This document shows, piece by piece, positions 52,860 through 64,000 of a stretch of 64,000 nt of DNA (the first letter of the stretch is position 1; the number at the start of each line of letters is the position of its first letter). The notes beneath the pieces are model-generated. The model ran no database searches, was not told the DNA's origin, and saw only the letters and a program-made list of their open reading frames with translations. The translations under genes and the position numbers were made by a program. Origin of the DNA: Octopus vulgaris (Eukaryota); assembly GCA_951406725.2 (NCBI GenBank), contig OX597818.1:30256001-30320000 (forward strand). The letters are read 5' to 3'.

Positions 52860-53674
52860 TGCACATGTGAAAAGGTTTCTGCTTTTCTGAACTAACAAAC
52901 TGCATATCAACTTTACAAACCAAGTTCACTTAACTTTTCCTCTTCTAGTCACTCCCATTGTATCTCCGTTCCTAAGCACAATGTTCAAACTTCCTACCCA
53001 GAACTGCAGTTTTCTCTGTAGCTTCCTACTTGCCTGTTTTTCTTCAGTTTTCTGAAAACATCAGTTTCAACATTATGGTATTATCCCATACATTGAACAA
53101 AACTCACCATCTTTTGAATAAGAAATGAAAATAACTCTTAACATTTATATTATCCTAAATAACTTAGCTTTTGCTATATTGCTACCTTGGGGATGGTCAT
53201 TTCGTTATCCTTATATTTATCGTCTGTTCTTTACTTCGACTATTCTTCCACTTCACTAATACTCATTACTATTTCCTCCTCCTTTATTGTTCACTGTTAT
53301 AATAATTTTCCTACACTCTCGATTCTTCTAATCTATTTATCCTGCACAGTCAATCTGTATTTCATCTCTCCTCACCAATGAATTCTGCTCAAAATGTTAG
53401 TCTTCTTTTCTTACTCGGAATCATGAAAAATAATTTCTTCTCTCTCCTCTATTCATAATTGATAATTAAAAATAGAAATACTAAAACATAAATTTAAATT
53501 ATTCAAACATCTACTATACTCCATAGCATCAGTGTTTAAAGCCATGTGGCTCATATATTCTTTAACCTATGTAGTTTTGGTTTAAGGTTTACCAGGAGTC
53601 CAGTGTAAAGCATTAAATTTTTTTTTTTAAATAAATGACTTTAATTGTATTGTTTATTCTGCTATTCTTATCAG

Positions 53675-53932
53675 GTAACAGACATTATGTTACAGGAGAA
53701 GCTCTACCCACACTGGGCCCACAACATCAGGAAATGGTGGAAAGAAGGCTTTCATCGCATTGTACTATTTTGGACATCAATGAGTGCTACTACATTCATA
53801 GTTGTGTTTATTATAGCTACAGATTACATCAACTGGGATCGTCTGAACCATGGATTTCTTCCATCAAATGAACTCACTCGATCCTTTGGTGCTTCTTTTA
53901 TTTTAGTTATGGATATTATCATTGTTACACAG
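53675..53932 (+). CDS. TMEM117: TMEM117 coding exon 3
   Basis: tcAG|GTAACA; VTDIMLQEKLYPHW...WDRLNHGFLPSNELTRSFGASFILVMDIIIVTQ; donor CAG|GT. Confidence 0.93.
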
Positions 53933-54113
53933 GTTTGTTAACATTTTGTTTTGAACTTAGATAGTTACTTGTTATAAGACAGCGAGTCACTTTGAACTAT
54001 TTAACAATAGATTAAATACTGCAAAACATTTACTTTCAGCCTTCTATAATATTTTGTATTCAAATTTTATAGTAGCTGACTTTGTTTTTCATCTTACTAG
54101 TGTAGATAGAATA

Positions 54114-54455
54114 GTTCCTTAGCTCAGTGGTTAGAGTGTCAGGCTCACAATCATGAGTTAGTGAGTTCGATTCCTAAACCAGGCTGTGTGTTGTGTTCTT
54201 CAGCAAGACACTTTATTTCGTGTTATTCCAGTTTATTCAGCTGTAGAAATGAGTTGCGATTTACTGGTGCTAAGTTGTATCGACCTTTGCCTTTCTCTTG
54301 GATAACATTAGTAGTGTGGAGAAGGGAGGCTGTTGTGCATGAGTGACTGCTGGTCTTCCATAGACAACTTTGCCTGGACTTGCGCCTTGGAAGATAACTT
54401 TCTAAGTGCAATCCCATGGTCATTCATGACCGAAGTGGATCTTTATCCTTTTACC
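54114..54455 (+). mobile_element. tRNA-derived SINE in TMEM117 intron
   Basis: A box TAGCTCAGTGG and B box GAGTTCGATTCC followed by a SINE body. There is no paired acceptor stem. Confidence 0.75.
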
Positions 54456-55735
54456 CATTACACTATTGATTCACTCAATTATATATCTTCTCTACACTGA
54501 TGCACTTGGTGACTAATCAGAATAACTTCTGTGTCTAATGAATTTGTTTTAGACATAAACACATAGGCATATGCAGATACACACACACACACACACACAG
54601 AGTTCAGGTCAGCTGCGAGGGGCATGTGCCATTGCAGTGCCTTGCTGCATTCACTATTTGTTGGTATATTCCCTGTCCTTTTGGGTGACCTGTCGATCAG
54701 TGTCCCAGTCAGTCCCCATCTCCACAAGACACACACATATAACTATTTCCTCAATAAAAACTATAGCCTTATTAGTAATTTAATTTAATTGTACTATTGA
54801 TTCATCCAACAAGAAAATAAAATTCTCAAAGTAATTAGCAATGTCAGCATAACTGGAAATAAAACAGTAAAGATATTACTAAAGTTGATAGACTGAACTA
54901 AATTCTTCATTGTATCTGGTTTTGTACCTTACTATTTTACGTTGTAGTCTTACTTGGTTTTGGTCTTTCCTTTATTCTTATAGATTCCATGAATTAAGTA
55001 TCAGTAATATATTGCTTCAATCTATTTATATATATTTGTACAACTGAGGAAAGTGTTCTTTTATCAAGTAAAAGGATATATTACTCTGATAATGTTTTTT
55101 AGTAGAACATTCATTTCTGTTAAGCAGGCCTGAGCCCTTTTATGTAAAAGGGTTTCATTGATTGAATCAATCCTTATATATTAATATTCTTTTACCAACT
55201 CTAAAGAAACAAAGAAGTAAAGTTAATCCCAATAAGATTTGAACTCAGCAACTCAAAGCACAAGATTAGATAGCTCAAAACATCTAGTCAGACTCTTCAC
55301 ATCTATATTAATACCCAAGACTTGTCTCTCTAGATATTTATATTGGCTTCTTACAATAGTATAAAATGACAGATTTATAGGAGAGTGGTATAGATGATTA
55401 AATAGACTAATAGAATTTCACTGACATTTTTTTTATCAACTTTAGAAGGATGAAATGCAAAGTCAGGTAGATTTGAACTCAAAATGTATACAAAAAATGT
55501 AAGCAAATACTGCAAGACATTTTATCTTAAATGAACTAAAAATAAAAAAAGATGTAACATAAATACTGCTCTGAATCTATATATAATAATGACACAGTCT
55601 TTGAAATATTTCATTTTCAACCTGTATAAATTGTGTTAGTAGCCTTTTTATCAATTATCCTGTCACTAGTATTATTCCCTCAGTTCTATATAACTTGTAG
55701 ATTTTTCTTTTCTCTTCTTTTCCTTTTTTATTTAG

Positions 55736-55856
55736 GACTGGGATTTTCCCCACTTCATAAATAACTTGGAAATCAAACTTCCTGGAATGAATCGGCCTGA
55801 GTTTAGATTCTATGCTCCCAAATTCATTAGTGAAAATTGGCACATCCATATCACTG
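55736..55856 (+). CDS. TMEM117: TMEM117 coding exon 4 (absent from the ORF track)
   Basis: Long polypyrimidine tract then ttAG|GAC. Reads DWDFPHFINNLEIKLPGMNRPEFRFYAPKFISENWHIHIT-G; 121 nt; donor G|GTAAT, phase 1. Confidence 0.92.
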
Positions 55857-55963
55857 GTAATTCAGTCTGTTTTTTTATTTTGCTATTCTATTAATTCCAG
55901 GCAATTTTATAAAAATGTCTGTATCCATTGTTACCTCCCATCACATGCCTGCACATGCAGGTA

Positions 55964-56017
<54 letters not shown>

Positions 56018-56879
56018 TATGCATGATTACATTCACACTGAAATGGCTACTTCAGCTTTGGTTGAAGTAAGCTGCCTTTGCCTTTGTCTCCTGCTCCAAC
56101 TACCTATCTGTCTGTCCATCCACCTACCTACAAACTGCTGGTCTATTGCATGCTTTCTCACTCCACTCATGTTCATGCCATGACTATTTAAAAGATATTG
56201 CAAGTGATAATTGTTTTCTATTTTATGCATGTGTAAATTTGAAGTGTCAGAAAGTCTGTCTTTGATTGCAGGTTGATCTGACCATTTTCTACTTGCCAAC
56301 ATATCACCTTGCCTTACCTTCTCTGCCACTAATTTAAAGATCCTACTGTGTAGTAGGGTCACAAATGTTTTATGATATGAAAATAAGAAGCATAAAGTAT
56401 TTCAATGCAATCATATAGAATAGAATAATTTTGGAGATATGTTTGTCAGAAATGACACTGATGTACTGCTCTCAGTGACAATGAAAAGAAAACCCCAAAT
56501 TCATTCAAACTTTCTATCACCTTGTGAGTTTGATGAATATGGAGTATAAGTGGAATAGTAAAATTCTAGGGATCTACTACTGAGGTTAATTTTGGTCAAG
56601 TAATTAAGGAGCTAAAGACAGAAGAAGTTACAAATCCATCAAAGATAGATGGCTGAGACAGTGAAAGAATTGGGGTTTGAAGTCATTATACTAATTACTC
56701 ACTTTGTTAAGTAAGTCATTAAAGAATGTGTTATTCTACACTTTTTTGCATAGCAACAGCAACATAATCTGTGACAAGGACAGAGATGATGTACCCACGA
56801 GGAGTAATTACTAAAGCCTCAAACTGATATAGTTCAGATTTACACTGGAATAGAAAACCACAAAAGCCCAGAACACATA

Positions 56880-57722
56880 CAAAGTTTGATCAATAAATAT
56901 CCGGACTGTTGTCATAGTAATGAAGCTAAAGCACACAAATTGAAGCCACTTGGTAAAGATTGACCTTGACCTCTGCTGTGCATGCACACTAAGTTGTAAC
57001 GTTCTAGCTCACTTCCACTGTTTACAGCAGTGCTTGGAAGGAAGGTGTGTAGTGTGTGATTGTTTCATTGACCATGACAGAGAAATTTGTCATGAAGATA
57101 CCTGCTCAGAGGCCTATGCAAAGTTGCAGAAAGTGTATGGAGAGGAGTGTACGAATGGTTCAGACATTTCCAAGATGGCCTTTCTGGGACAAACATTCTG
57201 GGAGACCCCCAATTAGCAGAACTGAGGAAAACATTGCAGATGTGCATGCAGCTGTGAGGGAAAAATCATCAGATCACCGTCCGTGAGTTATCAGAGGATG
57301 TGCAGATTAGTTACAATTCAGTTCAGTCCATTATCACTGAAGATCTGGGTATCAGACACATGTCTGCCAAGTTTGTGCCAAAACAGCTTTCAGCTGACCA
57401 AAATTCACTCGGGTTTCAGTTGCACAAGATCTCCTTGATTGTCAAGAATGATGAAAACTCTGAGCAAATATCACCAAGCTTTTAGCAAAAATTTGATGCA
57501 GATTCTCTGCTCAACTTTTCTCTGTCATAGTCAAAGCAACAATCACACACTACACACCTTCCTTCCAAGCACTGCTCTAAACAGCAGAAGTGAGCTAGAA
57601 CATTAAAATTTTGTGTGGATGCACAGCAGATCTCAAGATTAATCTGTGCCAAGAGGCTTCACTCTGTGTGCTTTAGCTTTGATACTATGGCAACAGTCCA
57701 GATACTTATTGATCAGACCATG
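56880..57722 (+). mobile_element. Internally deleted mariner-type element with ~180-bp TIRs
   Basis: TA at 56878-79 and 57723-24. 56880-57060 is inverted at 57540-57722. The interior reads AYAKLQKVYGEEC, SGRPPISRTEENI and LGIRHMSAKFVPKQLS. Confidence 0.85.
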
Positions 57723-58552
57723 TAGGTGAACTTGCATGTGTTGATTTACAGTCTTTCACAAGGTTACATTTCTATAGTAGAGACTAAGATGAAAATGAAT
57801 GGGTTGAGATAGACATTCAAACTATATACATGCTTATGATTTTCAGTGACCTCAGGGAAAAAATTTATGTACAGAGCTTCCTTTCCAGCTCCTTCTATCA
57901 AACAATTATTTAGGTAACAGCACAGAATTTCAGGAATAGATGGGCTTAGGAACTTATGCTTGCTGATGGCATGGTTCTTATTATAGACTCTATTAAAGAG
58001 ATACTGAGGAACTTTCAGATTTGAAAAAAAAAAAACGGCATCATCATTCCATAACTCAAAGGTTAAGATGCCAAAACCAAAAATTCTAATTTATAACACC
58101 GAACACAAATTCCCAGTATCATCTGTAAAGTTTTTTGCTTGATATTTGTTGTTTAATTTTCTTCTTTTATTGCTTGGTTTAGAAGAAAGGGTTGTGGTCA
58201 TTGATATCACTGATATTCTGAGACAAGTGAAACAGACACAGTTAATGTTCCTCTTGAATAGTTCAAGTTGAAAGCTGCAGGAAAAACATTTACAGGGAGG
58301 GAGTTTGAGAACACTGGGAAAAGTAGTTATTGCAAGATGGAAGGTGGGCACAATGAGTGATAAAAGGAGGGGGGACAAGTGAATTAAATATACATAAGTG
58401 TAATTGACATGAGACTAACCAGCTCATGAGGTGGTTTGAGATCAGTTACCATCTTTATAGGTAGTTTGCGATCGGTTACCATCTTTGCTCTTTTCTTGTG
58501 CCTGCTCCAGTTATTCTCTATTTTTGTACTGGAATTCTCAAGGAGGAGCCCC

Positions 58553-58947
58553 TGTAGCAAGGCACAAAGAAGCCAGCACCATTTTGAAACAGCAAGATCT
58601 TGCCTGCAACCATTGCCATACGCAAGACAAAAACGAAATCTCATCTGCAACCATTATTTAAGGAAAAGACAACAACATTTTCCCTCTCATTCTTCTCACG
58701 CTGACACCGAGAAGACATGTCAAAGCCAGGAGCTGACAGCAGACTTTTGTCCTGCTGTGACACCACATGCATTGTCTCCAGAGGTTATTGAACCTCACCT
58801 GTATGGGAGAGAAGGCTAACTACACACTACTGTGAAGATGCTTACTGAAAGCAAACCCCTTGTATGAAGCACCTGTGAATAAACAGTTATTGAATATACT
58901 CTGCCTGAGAACTTCATGCATTGTATCTCCAGCTTCTTGAATCAACA
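58553..58947 (+). mobile_element. Probable LTR with upstream polypurine tract
   Basis: AAGGAGGAGCCCC|TGTAG ... internal AATAAA ... TCAACA. Confidence 0.45.
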
Positions 58948-59382
58948 GAATAATTGTAATGGAAGAAGGAGATACCCCAAATGTATCATAAAAACCTTTC
59001 TTCCATTATACATGCCTATATTTAAGATAGGGTGTAATATGAGGACGATTTAACTATTATTTCTAGCATAAGGTATCTTTAGAATTTCTAACTTATCAAT
59101 GTAATATGGATATATTTACAACAGTAGAGTTATGTATGAAATGAAGCAGTGAATGTAGCACAGGATAGAACTGGATGTTTTTCTCTTCAAGTGAGAATCA
59201 TAAGATCATTATACTAATGCCCAAACATAGTGAGTTATTTCATCTAACTTCACTTAGTATAAATCAGCAAATCAGAACACATACATATTTTCGTATTTCT
59301 TTAATGTTAATTTATGTTTAAAAAAAGTTTTCCTTTTTATCCTTTGGGATTTTTTTTTTATTGATTTATGCATCTGTTCCAG

Positions 59383-59882
59383 GCAAATGGTTCAACTATG
59401 GAATTCTCTTTTGTGTTATCATACTTGATTTGAATATGTGGAAAAATCAACTGTTTTACAAGCCGTATGACTATGGTCAATATGTTGGTGCTGATAACCG
59501 TATCTACACAGTACTCTCTACACAACAGCTTGGCATCCACAATGAATCAATGGTATCATTTGAATGGCGAAACAGCACGATAAACCCGGAAACTAATAAG
59601 ACTTTTGTGATGGAGGATCCTGTTATGAATTCAAGATTTATGAATTACTCTATGGCAATCAAGAGTATGGCTTTTATTCCATGCATCTTGGCTTTTGTGG
59701 CACTTGGTGTGACTGTCAGTGTTTTTGGGCGCTTCAAACCTACCAAAGAAGATCCTTATGCTGGAAGATTGAAAAAAAGAAAACGGAAGCGTTTCTCATT
59801 TTTCAGAAAAAGCAAAAGAACTTCACCAGAATCAGATACAACATTTGTGGTATTTAAAGGAATTTCTAAAACTGAAGTTTAA
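59383..59882 (+). CDS. TMEM117: TMEM117 coding exon 5 (terminal)
   Basis: ccAG|GCAAATGG; GKWFNYGILFCVIILDLNMWKNQLFYKPYDYGQYVG...; stop TAA at 59880-82. Spliced CDS is 1668 nt = 555 aa plus stop. Confidence 0.93.
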
Positions 59883-60186
59883 ACCAGCGATGGAAATGCA
59901 TGTGTGGTGACATAAGTATACACATAAAATTATATCCAGGATTTATGTTCAGCTGTGGCAGGAGTTTGTAAGGGATGACTTGAAACCCATGCATTTAATT
60001 GATAAATTCTGAATAATGATAAGTAACTAATAAGTATGTCCCTTAATATAAAAATTTACATAAAAAATCATACAAACTTGGAAATTGAGAAGTCTTTATA
60101 TGCTATATACTTATGTAGCTTACATCTATTTCTATCACTGGTTTAATTGTTTAATTATTCTATTCAATCAGTTTGGGGCTGCTCAA

Positions 60187-60192
60187 AATAAA
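60187..60192 (+). promoter_or_regulatory. Candidate polyadenylation signal for TMEM117
   Basis: First AATAAA noticed after the stop; another is at 60429-60434. Weak evidence in AT-rich DNA. Confidence 0.3.
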
Positions 60193-60462
60193 TAACTACA
60201 GCTGAGTTGTAACAGTTCTTCTGAACTAAACTCAAGTTTTGCACCATTCAAAAAGCAAAAATATTCAAAAGTGAAATATAAATGTTTGCTATTTCTTTTG
60301 ACCCACCCATGTATAATTAAATAAGGTTTAAACTGAAATTTAAAAACACACAACAGAAAAAGTGTGTAAAAGAAAAAGTGTCTTTGATTTATTCCTACCA
60401 AATTTCTAAAATATACGGTTTCAATTAAAATAAAACCATTTCTCTGAAATCATAACTTTATA

Positions 60463-60501
<39 letters not shown>

Positions 60502-60789
60502 ATCATGTGCTTATATATAACCTATGATTAAAGGTGATTATGTTTATATACATGCCAATATATATGTATATATACATAAATGCACAGGAACATACATACA
60601 CACACATGTATATATATATACATACACATACTAATACATACATACATACATTCTCTTTTTCAAAGAACATGATTTATAGGGTTATATCAACATATCTATG
60701 GAGAAGACATCAGTCAGTGTCAGACTTGTATCTAACTCTTTCAGTTTTTTCATGATGTATATCCCATGAATATATTGAAAAGGGTAGGT

Positions 60790-61010
60790 TGGTAGTGCAA
60801 AGCCTTGTCACAGAGTCACAGATACTTCAAGCCAATCTTTCAGCTGACCAACTAAGACCATATGATACTCAGTATTGTTCTACACCACTTCAATAATTCT
60901 CACTATGTTTGAATCTACAACTATTGCTGCCATCATTGTCTGTAAAGCCTTCTACTAGATCATATCAAAGGCAGCTTTAAAGTTGATGAAGCTAAAGTGT
61001 AAGGCTTACT
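60790..61010 (-). mobile_element. RTE-like LINE RT fragment
   Basis: FINFKAAFD (FIDF..AFD motif) with a downstream QG-like motif; stops present. Confidence 0.5.
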
Positions 61011-61982
61011 TGTTGTCTCTTTTCGCTTTAATGAATTGAAAAATATCTACAAAACAGACAAAATGTGTAAAGTAAATGGCATAAAGTCCAGCATCCTGCT
61101 ATCTAGCAAAGACATTATCACACCAGATGGTTCTGGAGCTGAACACATCTCAGAGTTTTTGTTCTATGGCAGAATAGTACCTAATAGATTTGAAACCATG
61201 AAGAGATGGAACTTATTAGCATCTACAGTATTTGGTTGAGGGAAAGAAAATTTGCATAGATAAGATGCAGATCGAGTTTGCACATGGATAGGATACCATT
61301 GTTGCCATATTCCTAATGAGATATCTAGTAAAGATTTTATCAAAGCGCACTGTAGCTTGGTTACGAAAAAAAAAAATGGGTTAGAAGAACCTTTCATACC
61401 ATTGACAGAAAGAGTGTTGACAAGGTGAGAGAAAACAACAAATTCAGTGAAGGATGTAGCATACAAGGGTTCAATTCTCACTCTTGTTAGTGTTCTTCAG
61501 ATTATTTCAGAGGTGCTTAAGTTTAACTGTTTGTATGGCAATAATATGGTCCTCATAATTGAATCTATTCAAAGAATTGGGAAAGAAATTCCAAATGTAA
61601 AAGCAAAACTCATAGTATTTTAAAGCAAACTGAGCAAAGACAAAGGTTTTAGTTGGCAGGAAAAAAGACAAGATTTTATCATCATCTAAGAAGTGGGTAT
61701 ATACAGGAAAGGAGAACACAGAAATGGCATACTGTGCTCTCGGTTGAAATTATTGGTATTACAGGCTGACTAATGAATTCTCCCTGGTATTTCAGTTTAT
61801 ATGAAATGGTTTCCTTTCCGGAAAATTACCCATTTCTATGCACTCAGTTAGCCTTTTTTCACAGGAGTGCTGACTGAGGTAACCAATTTCTGAAACCCCT
61901 TTCATATATATGTGTGTGTATGTAAGTATATATACACACACACATATATATATATATACATACACACACACACACACACATA

Positions 61983-62024
<42 letters not shown>

Positions 62025-62174
62025 CACACATACACACAGCCATACACTTATATATCATCATATACAAATATGTACCTACATGTATGTATGTATGTATATA
62101 TATATATATATGAAATTGCAACCAAACCTAAAGGCTGTTAAATTTCGGAGAAAAGTGACCGCATAGGTCTTTTT

Positions 62175-62223
<49 letters not shown>

Positions 62224-62753
62224 CACGCACACACAAACACACACATGCACATATACACACATATCTATATGATGTACATATACATATGTGTGTGTGTATA
62301 AATTATGTAAATTTGAATCAATTCATTGCTTGCTCATTACAGAAAGAAAGAAAAGGAAAGAAAGAAAGAAAAAAGACACAAAACAGCCACAAATTTCTTA
62401 GCTGTTCTGTAAAAGCTTAAATTTTATATTTTTTCTTTAACTAAACTTTAATTTTATATACATACACTCCTTCCTGTATTCCAATTTTCCAAATAATCAG
62501 GGATTTTATCTGTAAAGATTACAAGCCCATATCTCTCTCTCTCTCTCTTTCTCATCTATTACCTTTCTTATACTACTACTACTACTACTATTATTACTAC
62601 TACTACAGACAATGACAGTTGACATGAAAATAAAGTTAACAATTGCAGCATAGATACATATGTGTGTGTGTGTGCTTGTGTGTATATGTATGTCTGCATC
62701 TATGCATATGATGTGTGTTTGTATTTATATATATATGTATATAAGTGTGTGTG

Positions 62754-62789
<36 letters not shown>

Positions 62790-63209
62790 CACACACACAT
62801 TTATAGATGTATTTATGTATGGTTTCTGACTGAAGAACGAAGGCTTTGAATGACCCGTCTGTTTCTTATGTTCGTCCCTTCGTGCATTTCACGTTATTTA
62901 TATTTATATATGTAAAGGTTTATTATATATACCTATACATGTATATGTGTGTGTGTGTTTGTATTTACATATGTGTGTGTGTGTATTTTTATATTTATGT
63001 ATGTGTGCACATATGTGTGTATATTTATTGTATCAATATAATATGTGGATTTATATAATCCAGAGGTAATCACAAAAAAGCTCCTTCATTGGACCCAGCT
63101 ACATACCACATGGTAAACTAATATGTAGGAATGTAAGGTAGAGTTCTTTGCAGTTGAAATCTAGTAAATCCAAGCATTGAAAATTATTTCATGAGAATTA
63201 TACAGAATA

Positions 63210-63573
63210 TAAAGAAAGTCAAGAAGTAGGAGATGAATATGTTTATTTCACCAGCTAATATCCATAGGATGATAGCCATTTTGCAGCCAACATCATACAA
63301 AAATTACCTATTTTAGTGTATGACAAATTATTTTACATATGTACACCAATATGTTGCTATAATTTGCATTGTACCATTCTACATTTTACAAAACTATGCA
63401 GATATAGAAAGCTAGCTCAGTCTGAAGAACTAGCCTTCTATAGAGGCATAGTTTTGCAAAATGTAGAATAGTACTCTACAATTTATAGCTGACACACTGG
63501 TGCAGACATGTAAAATCCTATGAATATCAACTGGTGAAATAAATATATTGATCTCATACCTCCTGACTTTCTT
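63210..63573. repeat. Diverged fold-back element
   Basis: AAAGAAAGTCA...TTTATTTCACCAG...ATTCTACATTTT.CAAAACTATGC is mirrored across a centre at ~63420. Confidence 0.75.
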
Positions 63574-63597
63574 TAAATTATATACATGTATGTGTGA

Positions 63598-63646
<49 letters not shown>

Positions 63647-63796
63647 AATATAAGAGAGTGTCCACTATGTGGTTGACTCTTGCGCTAAAAATAGATCCAC
63701 TATGGTCTCAACCACCAAGAATTGTTTCCAAGGAGAATTAGCACAACTATGAGCGTAAATGAGCAGGACAAATGAAAAATAACATAAATGTAGATT

Positions 63797-63876
63797 AATT
63801 CTAGACAATTGTTTCGCTATTAATGAATTATGCAATTTTACTTACATAATATAATCCATAGTTCATCAGTAGAATT
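63797..63876 (-). ncRNA. Type I hammerhead ribozyme motif
   Basis: 7-bp stem I AAUUCUA/UAGAAUU, CUGAUGA (63869-63863), stem II A-CUAU...AUAG-C, GAAA (63815-63812), palindromic stem III ACAAUUGU. GUC cut predicted between 63804 and 63803. Confidence 0.85.
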
Positions 63877-64000
63877 TGTCTTGAATATAATTTACTAAAC
63901 CGCACGCTAGATTTTAACATAACATCAAACACACGTGTGGTTTAGTCAATTATATTCCCAGTTATGATTCGAATGCCCTCGCTATAGCGCACCAAAAATC

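Noticed and set aside
54114-54190. tRNA gene
   Set aside because: A and B boxes are present, but the acceptor stem does not pair and the sequence runs into a SINE body.
61036-61719. Short ORFs downstream of TMEM117 as a second gene
   Set aside because: No recognisable motifs or consistent splice structure.
62826-62862. Fifth hammerhead (CTGAAGA...)
   Set aside because: No intact GAAA or convincing stems.

Overview
AT-rich, microsatellite-dense animal genomic DNA. The repeat repertoire suggests an octopus/cephalopod (inference). One host gene can be reconstructed: a 5-coding-exon TMEM117 orthologue on the + strand (49322-59882, about 555 aa), with GT-AG junctions and consistent phases. The rest is mostly decayed or nested mobile DNA: Penelope-like elements (PLEs, including a Naiad-like copy with a long Asn-rich linker), two R4/Dong-type RLE retrotransposons in (TAA)n tracts, non-autonomous Helitrons (one carrying a piggyBac fragment), mariner remnants and MITEs, LTR remnants, CR1/RTE fragments and many SINEs. 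The most notable signal missing from the ORF track is four type I hammerhead-ribozyme motifs with palindromic stem III and elongated stem II. Two of them sit divergently in a 580-bp fold-back. Several other fold-back elements and an abundant SINE with tandem H-type pseudoknot-like units are also present. All calls were made by eye; no searches or folding programs were run.
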